64,000 nt of DNA from Dehalococcoidia bacterium (GCA_965237865.1 OZ250164.1:1480142-1544141); one strand, 5' to 3'. Positions 27,639-38,215 are shown, numbered from the stretch's first letter. The notes: a model not told the origin generated them from the sequence alone. Translations and numbers: made by a program.

Positions 27639-29207
27639 CTACCCCGCGGGCCGGAGGTCCAGCACCTCGAGCTGGAGGGTGCGGCGGAAGTTGTCCTTGC
27701 TGAACGTGTAGACGATGTCCGCCGCCTCGCCGTCGGGGACGGCGTGCTCGGCGAGGCCGAAGGCGATCGCGCGCCAGCTGACCCGGCCCTCCTTCAGCGT
27801 GAACTGCAGGTGCGACCGGTCGCTGCCCACGACGCGGCTACCGAGGATGCGCACCGCCCTCGCGAGGAAGCGCGGCGTCGGGTTGCCGATGCCGTGCGGG
27901 CCGAGCTGCTGGAGGCGGCGCAGCAGCTCGCCGTTGACGGCGGCGACCTGCAGTTCCGCCTCGATGTCGATCGTGGGCGTCAGATCCTCGGGCGTCAGAC
28001 GCTCGGCGGCGTCGGCGACGAGCCGTTCGCGCAGCTCGGGCAGCCGCGACGCCTCGATGCTGAAGCCGGCGGCGGCGCGATGGCCGCCGTAGCGCAGGAA
28101 GAGGTCGTCGTGGCGGCGCAGCAGCGCCGTGATGTCGAACGCGTCGATTGAGCGGCACGAGGCGCGCCCCTGCCCGTCCGCGATCTGGAGCGCGATCGCC
28201 GGGCGGTGATGCGCCTCGACCAGCCGTCCGGCAACAAGGCCGACGATGCCCGAGGAGAATTGCTCGCTCGCGACGATCAGTAGCGGCGAGGCCAGCTCCG
28301 CGGGGGTCAGCAGCTCTCCGGCCAGTTCGAGGGCGGCCGTCGTCTCCTCGCGGCGCTCGCGGTTGAGCCGGTCCAGCTCGGCGGCGAGGCGTTGCGCCTC
28401 GTCCTCATCCTCCGTGAGCAGCAGAGCGAGGGCGGTATTCGCGTGCGCCATCCGCCCCGCGGCGTTGATCCGCGGGCCGAGTTGCCAGCCGCAGAGATCC
28501 GGATCAGCCTCGGCGAGGTCGACCTTCGCCACGGCCGCCAGCGCGCGCAGGCCGGGACGCCGCGAGCGCGCCAGCGCGCGCAGCCCGATGCGCACGAGGT
28601 CGCGGTTCTCGCCCAGCATCGGCGCGAGGTCGCAGACCGTCCCGAGGGCGACCAGCGCGCGGTGCTCCTCGGGCGATCCGTCGTACCCCGCCTGCACGTA
28701 GAGGCTGTCGACGACCTTGTGGGCGACGCCGACGGCGGCGGGCTCCGAGCCGTACTGCGAGCCGCCGAGCTTCGGGTTCACGAGCGCGAGTGCGTCGGGG
28801 AGTTCGTCCGGCACGGTGTGGTGGTCGATCACGATCACGTCCATGCCCAGCTCGTTGGCCAGCTCCACCTCGCGCAGCGCCGAGGTGCCGCAGTCCGCCG
28901 TCACCAGCACACTCGCACCCTGCGCATGCAGCAGGCGAACCGCCTCCGGGTTGGGGCCGTAACCCTCGCTGAAGCGATCCGGGATGTACGGCAGCGGACG
29001 CGCACCGAGCTCACGCAGGCCCTCGCTGAGGATCGTCGTGGAGGTCAGCCCGTCCACATCGAAGTCGCCGAGGATCGCGACCGTCTCGGCGTCGGCACAG
29101 GCTCGTCCGAGCCGCTCGACGGCTACGTCGAGGTTCGGCATCAGCGCGGGGTCCGTCAGCGCGCGCGGCTCGCCGAGGTACTCGAGCGCCTCGGCGAGGC
29201 TGCGCAC
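27639..29207 (-). CDS. recJ: Single-stranded-DNA-specific exonuclease RecJ
   Basis: DHH motifs 'ILGDFDVDGLTS', 'DHHT' and the DHHA1 'GGHRAAAGF'. Confidence 0.88.
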   Translation of the reverse strand: MRSLAEALEYLGEPRALTDPALMPNLDVAVERLGRACADAETVAILGDFDVDGLTSTTILSEGLRELGARPLPYIPDRFSEGYGPNPEAVRLLHAQGASVLVTADCGTSALREVELANELGMDVIVIDHHTVPDELPDALALVNPKLGGSQYGSEPAAVGVAHKVVDSLYVQAGYDGSPEEHRALVALGTVCDLAPMLGENRDLVRIGLRALARSRRPGLRALAAVAKVDLAEADPDLCGWQLGPRINAAGRMAHANTALALLLTEDEDEAQRLAAELDRLNRERREETTAALELAGELLTPAELASPLLIVASEQFSSGIVGLVAGRLVEAHHRPAIALQIADGQGRASCRSIDAFDITALLRRHDDLFLRYGGHRAAAGFSIEASRLPELRERLVADAAERLTPEDLTPTIDIEAELQVAAVNGELLRRLQQLGPHGIGNPTPRFLARAVRILGSRVVGSDRSHLQFTLKEGRVSWRAIAFGLAEHAVPDGEAADIVYTFSKDNFRRTLQLEVLDLRPAG

Positions 29208-29349
29208 GCCGCGGTTCGCGAGCAGGGCGGAGATCAGCGGCGGCCACTCCGCGCCCTCGAAGGCGCTGATATCCGGGACGGCGCGAACGCTCCAGCGGCG
29301 TCCGCCGGAGCCCTCGATCAGCCGCGCATCCGTTGCCGGGGCGGTCTGG

Positions 29350-30648
29350 TTAGTCGTGGTACCTCCGGAAGAGCAGGGAGGAGTTGTGACCGCCGAAGCC
29401 CAGGGAGTTCATCATCGCGTACTCGATGTCCACGTCGCGCGCGCCCTCGGCGATGTAGTCGAGGTCGCAGTCGGGGTCGGGGATCTCGAGGTTGCGCGTC
29501 ATGTGCACGCGCTGGTCACGGAGCGAGAGCACGGTGACGGCCGACTCGATCCCGCCCGCGGCGCCGAGCGTGTGGCCGAGCATCGACTTCGTCGAGGAGA
29601 CGGGGATGCGCGGTGCGGACTCGCCGAAGACCGCCTTGATCGACATCGTCTCGAACTTGTCGTTGAGCGGCGTGCTGGTGCCGTGCGCGTTGATGTAGCC
29701 GACATCGCTCGCGGCGACGCCGCCCTTGCGCAACGCGATCTTCATCGCCCGTGCGGCGCCCTCGCCGTTCTCGGACGGCTGCGTGACGTGGAAGGCGTCG
29801 GCGGACTGCCCGTAGGAGACCGCCTCGGCGAGGATCGTGGCGCCCCGCGCCTTCGCGTACTCCAGCTCCTCGAGGATCAGCGTGCCCGCGCCTTCGGCCA
29901 GCACGAAGCCGTCGCGTTCGAGGTCGAAGGGCCGCGAGGCGTGCTCGGGGTCGTCGTTGCGCTGCGTGGAGAGCGCTCGCGAGGCGTGGAACGAGGCGAG
30001 GCCCATGCGCGTCACGCAGGCGTCGCTGCCGCCGGTGATCATCGCGCGCGCGTCCCCGCGGCGGATCACCTCGAGGGCGGTGCCGATCGCGTCGGCGCCG
30101 GAGGCGCAGGCGGAGACGGTGTTGTAGTTCGGCCCGCGCGCGCCGAAGCGGATCGAGACCTGGCCGGCGGCCATGTCTGCGATGAAGGCCGGCACGAGGA
30201 AGGGGGAGATGCGGTGCGGCCCCTTCTCGAACATCACCTTGAACTGATCCTCAAGCCAGGTGAGCCCGCCCATGCCGGAGCCGATCATCGCCCCGACCTC
30301 GTCGGCGATCGGCGCGATGTCGAGAGCGGACTGTTCGAGCGCATCCTGCGTCGCCGCGATCGAGAGTTGGACGAAGCGGTCCATGCGCCGCGCGGCCTTG
30401 CGATCGATGAAGTCCAGCGGGTCGAAGTCCGGCGCCTCGCCGGCGATGCGCGAGCCGAGATCCGAGGACTCGCAGAGCGTGACCGGCCCGATCCCGTTCT
30501 CGCCCGCGAGCAGCGCGTTCCACGTCTCCTCGCGGCCAATGCCGACCGCGGTGACAAGGCCGACGCCCGTGACGACGACGCGGCGCTGCCCTGCCAGGCC
30601 CTCGCCGCTGGCGGGGGTACTCAGCGCGTTCGGATCGAGGCCGCCCAT
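29350..30648 (-). CDS. fabF: Beta-ketoacyl-ACP synthase II (second of a tandem pair; kasB/fabF-like)
   Basis: Active-site 'SACASG', '[11 protein letters not shown]' and '[12 protein letters not shown]'. Confidence 0.88.
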   Translation of the reverse strand: MGGLDPNALSTPASGEGLAGQRRVVVTGVGLVTAVGIGREETWNALLAGENGIGPVTLCESSDLGSRIAGEAPDFDPLDFIDRKAARRMDRFVQLSIAATQDALEQSALDIAPIADEVGAMIGSGMGGLTWLEDQFKVMFEKGPHRISPFLVPAFIADMAAGQVSIRFGARGPNYNTVSACASGADAIGTALEVIRRGDARAMITGGSDACVTRMGLASFHASRALSTQRNDDPEHASRPFDLERDGFVLAEGAGTLILEELEYAKARGATILAEAVSYGQSADAFHVTQPSENGEGAARAMKIALRKGGVAASDVGYINAHGTSTPLNDKFETMSIKAVFGESAPRIPVSSTKSMLGHTLGAAGGIESAVTVLSLRDQRVHMTRNLEIPDPDCDLDYIAEGARDVDIEYAMMNSLGFGGHNSSLLFRRYHD

Positions 30649-31898
30649 TACACACCCTCCCAGCGCCCGAAGAGCAGGACCGAATTATGCCCCCCGAGTC
30701 CAACCGAAGTGCTCATTGCGTGCCGCACCTCCATCGGACGCGCCTCGTTCGGCACGTAGTCGAGGTCGCAATCCGGGTCGGGCGTACGATAGTTGATCGT
30801 GGGCGGTGCGATCTGTCGATCACACGCGAGCACCGCCACCGCCGCCTCCACCGCGCCGGCCGCGCCCATCATGTGCCCGAGCATCGACTTCGTCGAGGAG
30901 ACCGCGAGCCGGTCCGCATCCGTGCCGAAGACGGTGCGGATCGCGCGCGTTTCGACGCGGTCGTTGAGCGGCGTGCTGGTCCCGTGGGCGTTGAGGTAGT
31001 CCACCTCGCCCGGGGACACCTCGCTGCCGGCGAGCACCTGCTGCATCGCGCGCACGACCCCGCGGCCGTCATCGGCGGCGGCGGCCATGTCGAAGGCGTC
31101 GCTGGCCGTGGCCGCGCCCTCCCACTCGGCGTAGATGCGTGCGCCGCGCGCCAGCGCGTGGTCGAGCTCCTCGAGGACCAGCACGCTGGCGCCCTCGGAG
31201 ATCACGAAGCCGTTGCGATCGGCGTCGAAGGGCCGCGAGGCCTGCGTCGGGTCGTCGTGCACGGCGAGGGCGCGCATCGCCTGGAAGCCGGCGTAGTAGA
31301 TCGGCTTCAGCGGCGCCTCGAAGCCGCCCGCGATGATCACGTCGGCGGCGCCGCGGCGGATCATCTCCGCCGCCTCGCCGACGGCCGCGCCGCCCGTCGC
31401 GCAGGCGGCGGTGACGGCCATGTTCGGGCCGCCCGCGCCGAGCGCGATCGCGACGAGGCCGGACGCGGTGTCGGGCAGCGCGTTGGTGATCATGAAGGGG
31501 CTGACCCGGCGCGGCCCGCGTTCGTCGAGCAGATGCTGGTTCTCGATCAGCAGGTGCGCGCCGCCGATGCCCGTCCCGAGCACGATGCCGACGCTGCCCG
31601 GAGGCTGCCGCTCCAGATCGAGCTGCGCGTCCCGCACCGCCTGCTTCGAGGCGGCAATCGCCAGCACCGAGGAGCGGTCGATGCGCCTCGCGAGCTTCGA
31701 GGCGACGTGCTGGGCCGGGTCGAAGCCGCGCAGCTCGCCGGCGATCGGGCACTCGAACGCGGAGGTGTCGAAGGCGGTGATCGGGCCGATGCCGGAGCGG
31801 CCCTCGATCAGGCCCTCCCACGTCGATTCGGCGTCGAGACCCAGGGGCGTGAGCAGCCCGAGGCCCGTGACCGCAACCCGCCGCGGCGCCTGCGCCAT
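30648..31898 (-). CDS. Beta-ketoacyl-ACP synthase II (first of the tandem pair; kasA-like)
   Basis: Internal start 'MAQAPRRVAVTGLG'. 'AACATGG', '[12 protein letters not shown]' and 'KSMLGHMMGAAG'. The start overlaps the fabD stop as ATGA. Confidence 0.85.
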   Translation of the reverse strand: MAQAPRRVAVTGLGLLTPLGLDAESTWEGLIEGRSGIGPITAFDTSAFECPIAGELRGFDPAQHVASKLARRIDRSSVLAIAASKQAVRDAQLDLERQPPGSVGIVLGTGIGGAHLLIENQHLLDERGPRRVSPFMITNALPDTASGLVAIALGAGGPNMAVTAACATGGAAVGEAAEMIRRGAADVIIAGGFEAPLKPIYYAGFQAMRALAVHDDPTQASRPFDADRNGFVISEGASVLVLEELDHALARGARIYAEWEGAATASDAFDMAAAADDGRGVVRAMQQVLAGSEVSPGEVDYLNAHGTSTPLNDRVETRAIRTVFGTDADRLAVSSTKSMLGHMMGAAGAVEAAVAVLACDRQIAPPTINYRTPDPDCDLDYVPNEARPMEVRHAMSTSVGLGGHNSVLLFGRWEGV

Positions 31899-32908
31899 CA
31901 GCCCTGCGGCGCCTCGAGAGCGTCGAGCGGCAGCACCGAGATCGGGATCGGCTCCACCTCGGCGTCGTCGAGCGAGACCGCGACGACGCGGTTCGAGATG
32001 CGACGCACCATGCGCGAGAGCACATGCCCGGGCCCCACCTCGATGAAGGTGTGCACGCCCTGGTTGGTCATCTCGCGCACATTGCCTTCCCAGAAGACCG
32101 GCGCCCGCAACTGCTCGGAGAACTCCTCCCGCACCTCCGCCGCGGTGTGCAGCAGCCGCGAGGTGCGGTTCGAGACGATCGGGCGCACCGGGTCGCTGAT
32201 CGGTACGCCCTTGATGATCGCGGCGAACTCCTCGGCCTGCTCGTTGTGCAGCGGGGTGTGGCTGGAGACCTTGACCTTCAGCCGGATCACGCGCCCCTGC
32301 AGCTCGCGCGCGTGCTCCATCGCGCGTTCGAGGGCGGATACGTCGCCGCTGATCACGGTCTGCGTCTGGAGGTTGTGGTTGGCGACATCGACGCGGTCCG
32401 CGGCGGAGCGCGTCGCGCCCTCGCAGATCTCCCGCACGAGTTCGCCGTCGAGGCCGATGATCGAGGCCATCCCGACGGGGCGGCCCTCGTTGAAGCTGCT
32501 CATCAGGCGCGAGCGTTCCAGCACCACCAGCAGCGCGTCGCGGAAGGTCAGCGCCTCGCTGGCGACGGCCGCGCCGAACAGGCCCAGCGAGTGGCCGCCG
32601 AAGAGGCGCGGCTGGATCGAGCGCCGCACCTCGCCGAGCTTCTCGCACATGCCGCGGAAGATCGCGGTCGAGGTGGTCAGCACGGCCGGCTGCGTGAAAC
32701 GCGTCTCCGCCAGCTCGTCGGCGTCGCCCTCGAAGCAGACGCGCGCGACGTCGAGGCCCGTGATCTCGCTCGCCTCCTCGAAGGCGCGGCGCGCCTCCGC
32801 CGAGTGCTGGTGCACGAGGCGGCCCATGCCGGGCGACTGCGAGCCCTGGCCGGGGAAGACGATCGCAACCGGGTCGTTGCGCGACGAGCCCGTACCGGCG
32901 GCGCTCAT
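31898..32908 (-). CDS. fabD: Malonyl-CoA:ACP transacylase
   Basis: 'FPGQGSQSPGMG' and 'GHSLGLFGA' (active Ser). No acpP or fabG between fabD and the KAS genes. Confidence 0.88.
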   Translation of the reverse strand: MSAAGTGSSRNDPVAIVFPGQGSQSPGMGRLVHQHSAEARRAFEEASEITGLDVARVCFEGDADELAETRFTQPAVLTTSTAIFRGMCEKLGEVRRSIQPRLFGGHSLGLFGAAVASEALTFRDALLVVLERSRLMSSFNEGRPVGMASIIGLDGELVREICEGATRSAADRVDVANHNLQTQTVISGDVSALERAMEHARELQGRVIRLKVKVSSHTPLHNEQAEEFAAIIKGVPISDPVRPIVSNRTSRLLHTAAEVREEFSEQLRAPVFWEGNVREMTNQGVHTFIEVGPGHVLSRMVRRISNRVVAVSLDDAEVEPIPISVLPLDALEAPQG

Positions 32909-33113
32909 GACGCTCGCTCCGTCGGGACGATCGCACGCGCGCAAGGCCGGGAGGCCTCGTGCAACGGCCGTGAATTCAGGTGAGCAACCACCGCGCGACG
33001 CCCCCCCTGCGGCTCAGTTCCGCCACCGCGCCTACGCGTATCCTGGACATGGTAGAGGTTACCCGCCTCTGCCCGTCAAGCACAGCGCCCGCGTCGCCTC
33101 CCACAATCGCGGC

Positions 33114-34661
33114 CTATCCGTCGAGCGCCTTCCGCGTATCGGGCAGCGCGCGCAGCAGATCCTGCGCGGTCGCCGTCGACGGACCCATCGCCGACTCCAG
33201 CGCGCGCCCGGACTCGGTGTGCATGTAGACCGCCGTCGCCGCGGCGTCGAAGGGGTCCATCCCCTGCGCGATCAGCGAGACGATGAAGCCCGCCAGCACG
33301 TCGCCCGTCCCGGCCGTCGCGAGGACGGCGCTGGCGAACCCGGACAGCCGCGCGCGGCCGTCCGGGTGGGCGACGATCGTACCCGCGCCCTTCAGCACCA
33401 CCACGCTGCCCGTGCGCTGCGCGTACCCGGTCGCGTGGTGCAGCCGGTTCGCCTGCACCTCCTCCACGCTCACGCCGAGCAGCCGCGCCATCTCGCCCGG
33501 GTGCGGTGTCAGCACGCGCGGGAGATCCAGGCCCTCGTGCCAGTCCGGGATCTGCGCCAGTGCGTTCAGCGCGTCCGCGTCGATCACCGCCGCGCGCAGG
33601 CCCTCGACCGCGTCGAGGCCGTCGATCACAGCACCCACGTACTCGACCGTGTCCGGCGTGTCCGTGAGGCCGGGGCCGATCAGCAGGGCCTCGCAGCCCG
33701 CGAGCGCGCCCAGCAGTTCCTCGGCAGCCGCGGCGCCACCCGCCGGCAGCGGGTGGTGCGTGACCTCGGGCGTCAGCGCGGCGAACAGCGGCTGGATCGA
33801 CTCCGGCGCGGCCAGCACGATCAGCCCGGCCCCGGCGCGCAAGGCCGACTCCGAGGCGAGTCGCGCCGCGCCGGGATAGAACTTCGAGCCGGCCGCGACG
33901 ACTGCGGTTCCGAAGGTGCCCTTGTGCGCGTCGTCGGAACGGAACGGCATGTACTGCTGGAGATCGCGCATCCGGATCTCCTCGTAGGGGAGCGCGTCGC
34001 CCGCGCCCTCCGGCAGCCCAATCTCGACCTCCGCGATGTTCCCCGCGATCGCGCGGGCGGGCATCGCGAACAGCCCGACCTTGGCGAAGCCGAGCGCGAC
34101 CGTCGTATCCGCGCGCACCACTGCGGGGTCCGCCGTCCCCGTGTCCGGATCCACGCCCGAGGGCACGTCGATGGCGACGAGGTGCGGGCGCAGCGTACGG
34201 TCGGCGCGCGCCTCGGCGAGGCGGTCGAGTACGTCCTTGATCGGCCCGTCGATCGGGCGGTTGAGTCCCGTCCCGAGCAGCGCATCGACGATGCCCTGCG
34301 CGCCGCGCATCGCCTCCACCAACTGATCGCAGCCCGGATCGTCGGCCGCCGCCAGCGTCTCGACGCCGGCCTCGATGGCACGCTGGAGCAGCGGATCGTC
34401 GTCGGGGCGATCGCCCACGAGGTAGACAGCGGAGTCGGCGCCCCACTCCTTGAGGCTGATCGCCGTGAGCAGCCCGTCGCCGCCGTTCTTGCCGGGCCCC
34501 ACGAGGACGATCGCGGTGCGGCCCTCGACGGCGCCCATGTTGATCCAGGTCTCCTGCGCGACGGCGACGCCGACGCGCTCCATCAGCTCCGCCTCGCTCG
34601 TTCCCGCCTCGACGGCGGCCGCCTCAAGGGCGCGCATCTGCTCGACCGTAACCAGCTTCAT
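33114..34661 (-). CDS. nnr: Bifunctional NAD(P)H-hydrate epimerase / ADP-dependent dehydratase
   Basis: 515 aa. N-terminal YjeF-N 'LVGPGKNGGDG'. C-terminal carbohydrate-kinase domain 'GTGDVLAG'. Confidence 0.85.
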   Translation of the reverse strand: MKLVTVEQMRALEAAAVEAGTSEAELMERVGVAVAQETWINMGAVEGRTAIVLVGPGKNGGDGLLTAISLKEWGADSAVYLVGDRPDDDPLLQRAIEAGVETLAAADDPGCDQLVEAMRGAQGIVDALLGTGLNRPIDGPIKDVLDRLAEARADRTLRPHLVAIDVPSGVDPDTGTADPAVVRADTTVALGFAKVGLFAMPARAIAGNIAEVEIGLPEGAGDALPYEEIRMRDLQQYMPFRSDDAHKGTFGTAVVAAGSKFYPGAARLASESALRAGAGLIVLAAPESIQPLFAALTPEVTHHPLPAGGAAAAEELLGALAGCEALLIGPGLTDTPDTVEYVGAVIDGLDAVEGLRAAVIDADALNALAQIPDWHEGLDLPRVLTPHPGEMARLLGVSVEEVQANRLHHATGYAQRTGSVVVLKGAGTIVAHPDGRARLSGFASAVLATAGTGDVLAGFIVSLIAQGMDPFDAAATAVYMHTESGRALESAMGPSTATAQDLLRALPDTRKALDG

Positions 34662-34726
34662 GAGTGCTTCCCCTCGTTAGCGCTCGACGGCTCCTCGCCG
34701 CGAGCTTGTGAGTTACCGTACTGCGC

Positions 34727-35188
34727 TTACTGGAGCCGCCCCGAGGCCCGCAGCCGCTCGACGAGCCGCGCGCGCGCGGCCTCGGGCTCCTGCTCGCGGC
34801 GCTCCTGCGAGGAGACCACGACCGCGATCGCGAACTCGGCCAGGTGGCTCAGCGAGATATCCATCGCATCCAGCCCGATCGTTTCCGCGCGCGCCGCCGC
34901 GCCTCCGTAGAGATAGACCAGCGGCTTGCCGCGCCGATCCGGGAGCACCTCGATGTCGCGCCAGGCGACGGAGCGCGCTCCCGTGCCGAGCGCCTTCATC
35001 ACCGCCTCCTTCGCCGCGAAGCGGGCCGCCAGCTCCGGCACGCGGCCCCGGCAGAACGCGACCTCCTCGGGCGTGTAGACGCGCTCCAGGAAGCGGCGAG
35101 GGTGCCGCTGCAGCACGCGCGCCACGCGGTCGATCTCGATCATGTCGACGCCAACGGCGTGCGTATTCACGGCGCGCGATTCTAGCAC
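34727..35188 (-). CDS. acpS: Holo-[acyl-carrier-protein] synthase
   Basis: 'VGVDMIEIDRV' and 'FAAKEAVMKALG' are the 4'-phosphopantetheinyl transferase motifs. Confidence 0.8.
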   Translation of the reverse strand: MLESRAVNTHAVGVDMIEIDRVARVLQRHPRRFLERVYTPEEVAFCRGRVPELAARFAAKEAVMKALGTGARSVAWRDIEVLPDRRGKPLVYLYGGAAARAETIGLDAMDISLSHLAEFAIAVVVSSQERREQEPEAARARLVERLRASGRLQ

Positions 35189-35227
35189 GCATGGGCCGCT
35201 ATACTCTCCGCTCGTGAGGATTCAAGC

Positions 35228-36106
35228 TTGACCGCCCAGGTCATCGACGGCGCCGCGATCGCCGCGGAGATCCGCGCCGAGGTCGCCGATCGCGTGCGCG
35301 CGCACCTCGCCGGCGGCGGCCAGACACCGCAGTTGACCGCGGTCCTCGTGGGCGACGACCCCGCCTCCGCCACCTACGTCCGCAACAAGGCGCGCGCCTG
35401 CGAGGAGGTCGGCCTCGACGCGCAGACGCTGACGCCGCCCGCCGACATCTCGCAGGACGAGCTGCTGGAGATCGTGCGCGGGCTCAACGCCGATCCGGTG
35501 GTGTCGGGCATCCTCGTCCAGCTCCCGCTCCCGCCGCAGCTCGACGAGCGCACCATCACCGAGGCAGTCGATCCGATGAAGGACGTGGACGGGCTGCACC
35601 CGGTGAACCTCGGACGGCTCGTGCAGGGCCAGCCGCACCTTGTGCCGGCGACGCCCGCGGGCGTGCAGCAACTGCTGCTGCGCACCGGCGCGGATCCCGA
35701 GGGCAAGCGCGTCGTCGTCGTCGGCCGCTCCACGCTTGTCGGCAAGCCGCTGGCGCTGCTGCTCGGGCAGAAGGCGGAGGGCGCGAACGCCACCGTCACG
35801 CTGGCGCACACCGGCACCGGCGACCTCGGCGCCGTCACCCGCGAGGCCGAGATCCTCGTCGTCGCGGCGGGCCGGCCGAACACCGTCACGGCGGAGATGG
35901 TGCGCCCCGGCGCGGTCGTCATCGACGTCGGCACGAACCGCGTCGACGACGCGACGCGCAAGCGCGGCTGGCGCCTCGCCGGCGACGTGGACTTCGAGGG
36001 CGTCTCGCAGGTCGCCTCGGCGATCACGCCGGTCCCCGGCGGCGTCGGCCCGATGACGATCGCGATGCTGCTGGTGAACACGCTGCGCGCTGCGGGGGTG
36101 GCGTAG
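35228..36106 (+). CDS. folD: Bifunctional methylenetetrahydrofolate dehydrogenase / cyclohydrolase
   Basis: 'YVRNKARACEEVG' and 'GRSTLVGKPLALLL' are FolD signatures. Confidence 0.9.
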   Translation: MTAQVIDGAAIAAEIRAEVADRVRAHLAGGGQTPQLTAVLVGDDPASATYVRNKARACEEVGLDAQTLTPPADISQDELLEIVRGLNADPVVSGILVQLPLPPQLDERTITEAVDPMKDVDGLHPVNLGRLVQGQPHLVPATPAGVQQLLLRTGADPEGKRVVVVGRSTLVGKPLALLLGQKAEGANATVTLAHTGTGDLGAVTREAEILVVAAGRPNTVTAEMVRPGAVVIDVGTNRVDDATRKRGWRLAGDVDFEGVSQVASAITPVPGGVGPMTIAMLLVNTLRAAGVA

Positions 36107-36121
36107 GGCAGAGGCGCGACC

Positions 36122-36463
36122 TCAGGGCAGGCTGCTGAGCGCCTCCCGAGGGCTGAGCGCCGCGATCGGCGATTGCGCGTAGTCCGCGAGGTCCTCGTGA
36201 CGATGTGGAGGGCACCGCAGGCGCGGGCGGCTGCAACCTGCAGCGCGTCCTCGAAGTCCGCCATCGGCAGCCCGGCTGCGTAGCGGACCGATTCCGCGTC
36301 CGTCGGCGCGATCTCGATCCAGTCCGTCAGGCGGACAAGAAAGTCGCGGGCGTCCACGCCGTGCTGGTCCGCGACGTAGTACACGTTGGCTACCGTGTGC
36401 CAGGCGATGCAGACAGACTCGTCGGCGCCCTCGGCGAAGTCCATGAATGCCTTGGCCCGAATC
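36122..36463 (-). pseudogene. PIN-domain (VapC-like) toxin gene, C-terminal fragment, frameshifted and separated from its N-terminus by an IS element
   Basis: Minus-strand translation gives '..FMDFAEGADESVCIAWHTVANVYYVADQ..MADFEDALQVAAARACGALHIVTR' then a frameshift to 'DEDLADYA..*'. It matches the PIN C-terminal 'D-A..A.A......lvTrD.DF' pattern. Confidence 0.6.
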
Positions 36464-38106
36464 CACCGATCGAAGCTTGACGGGGCGGGAGGCCGGGCTG
36501 GCGGAGCGTTCGGCGGGTGTGCCGGCGCCCGCCGGGCGGTGCCGGGGGCGGGCCGGAGCGAGGAGCCCTCGCTCAGCGCCGCTCGGGGGCGCTGAGGGTG
36601 CGGGCGCGAGGGTGCGCGCGGCGTGCGCGGGCATGCTGGCGCGAGCCTCGGACCCGGGCCGGCGCTGTGAGCGGGCGTCAGGCCGGGAGCGGTAGCGCCC
36701 GTAGTCGCGCGAGCGCGGCTGCCCACTGGCCAGCCCAGGGCCAGCGCTTCGGGAGGTGCAGCGTCCAGCGCCGGGCCGAGTGGGTGAGCCGTCCGGCGAG
36801 AGCGAAGTAGCGCCGCCTGAGCGTCCTGGTCGTGACGATTCCCTCGCCGAGCCCGAGCCGCGCCGTCCAGCGGGCGAGGTTGTGCGCGATCACCTGCACC
36901 GCGAGCCACGCCGCGTTCGCAGCGAAGCGGCCCGAGGGGAGATGGTTGAGCCCGACGCCGTACTTGAGGTCGCGGATCGCGTTCTCGACCTCGGCGTGAC
37001 GGCGATGGCCGGCCTCCAGCTCCAGCAGCTCCCCGGCGCGGTCGGTGATGAAGGCGTGGTAGCTGTAGCTGGTGAAGAGCGCGAGCTGGGAGCCGGGCGT
37101 CGGCTTCACGCGCCGCACGATGAGCCGCACCGCGCTGGCGTCCTCCTTGTGCTGGAACGGCGTGTAGGTCGTCTCGACGACATCCGCGCCGCCCGGCAGC
37201 CAGTACGGGATCGGCGTCCAGTCCTCTTCCGGTATTGCCTCGATCAGCCGGCGTACGCTCGGCTGCTGGCGAATGGTGATTGAGAAGCGGACATCCTGCT
37301 TGCGGCAGACGGCGACGACGGCGTGGTTGTAGAAGCCGCTGTCGGCGCGCATCGTCAGCTGCCCGCTCGCTCCGGCAGCGCGGACCCGGCCCACCGTCTC
37401 ACGCAGGAAGTGGGCGGCGCCGCGGGCGGTGTTGGCGCGGCCCTCGCGCAGCCGGGCCATCAGCACGTCACCCGTCCCGGCCGCAACGGCGAGCAGCGGG
37501 TGATAGCCGCGCACGCCCGTGTAGCCGTGGTGCCGGGCACCCTCCTTCGCCAGGCCGTAGGTCTCGCAGATCGTCGAATCGAGGTCGATCGTGAACGGCG
37601 CCGCGCCCGGTCCCGCTCCGGCCGCCCAGCCGCGGGCGAGCAACTTGCGGCTGAGGCGGTCGAGCTGGCGGACGTGGCCCCAGCTGAAGCTGCGCAGGAA
37701 GGTCCCGAGGGTGGACGGCGCCTTGACCGTGCAACCGAGCACGCTGGCCGTCCCGCCGGCGCGCAACGCATCGGCGTCGTCGATGCAGTCGCCACCCGCG
37801 AGCGCCGAGACGACCAGGGTCAGCAGCTTGTCGCCGGCGTTCGCCCGCCCCGCTGCGTCACCGAGGTCGAGCTGGGCGTCCGCCAGTTCACGGAAGCCGA
37901 GCCGGCTGGCGAGCGTGGCGGGGAGCAGCAGGCCCGCGTGGTCCACGAGGCGGTCGTCGTCGAAGGCGATGTCTATCCGGTCGGGGTTGCTCCTTGGTAG
38001 CATCGAATGGGTGCTCCCTGTGGCTGTGACGTGATTCGTGAAAACCCATTGTCCCAGCTACAGCGGAGCACCCAACCGCAGCCGCTCGCGCGCTCTTCTT
38101 CGGTGG
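36464..38106 (-). mobile_element. IS1380-family insertion sequence (~1.64 kb)
   Basis: Terminal inverted repeats 'CCACCGAaGAAG' at 38095-38106 (minus strand) and 'CTTCGAtCGGTGG' ending at 36464. They enclose a 441-aa DDE transposase gene. The size is typical of IS1380. Confidence 0.7.
36678..38003 (-). CDS. IS1380-family DDE transposase
   Basis: 441 aa. '...HAEVENAIRDLKYGVGLNHLPSGRFAANAAWL' is characteristic of IS1380/ISEcp1-type transposases. Confidence 0.8.
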   Translation of the reverse strand: MLPRSNPDRIDIAFDDDRLVDHAGLLLPATLASRLGFRELADAQLDLGDAAGRANAGDKLLTLVVSALAGGDCIDDADALRAGGTASVLGCTVKAPSTLGTFLRSFSWGHVRQLDRLSRKLLARGWAAGAGPGAAPFTIDLDSTICETYGLAKEGARHHGYTGVRGYHPLLAVAAGTGDVLMARLREGRANTARGAAHFLRETVGRVRAAGASGQLTMRADSGFYNHAVVAVCRKQDVRFSITIRQQPSVRRLIEAIPEEDWTPIPYWLPGGADVVETTYTPFQHKEDASAVRLIVRRVKPTPGSQLALFTSYSYHAFITDRAGELLELEAGHRRHAEVENAIRDLKYGVGLNHLPSGRFAANAAWLAVQVIAHNLARWTARLGLGEGIVTTRTLRRRYFALAGRLTHSARRWTLHLPKRWPWAGQWAAALARLRALPLPA

Positions 38107-38107
38107 A

Positions 38108-38193
38108 TCAGGGCTTGGACACCTCAAAGAACGGATCCCGTTCGAGAGCCACGTCCAGCAGCACGTCCGTGTCGATGAGGATGGTCAGACGCC
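38108..38193 (-). pseudogene. N-terminal fragment of the PIN/VapC toxin gene (27 codons plus stop) immediately downstream of the antitoxin gene
   Basis: Minus-strand 'RLTILIDTDVLLDVALERDPFFEVSKP*' is the canonical PIN start motif (I-D-T-N/D-V-L). The fragment abuts the IS1380 right end. Confidence 0.6.
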
Positions 38194-38215
38194 GCCTATC
38201 CGCCAGCGGCTGCTG

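Noticed and set aside
30687-34910. 1407-aa plus-strand ORF spanning the two KAS genes, fabD and nnr
   Set aside because: It is antisense to four strongly supported genes. Extreme Arg/Ala/Gly bias. A classic high-GC stop-codon-poor artefact.
35374-36909. 511-aa minus-strand ORF
   Set aside because: It is a composite. Its 3' part is antisense to folD. Only the segment 36122-36463 reads as a PIN-domain fragment, and it is not a single real gene.
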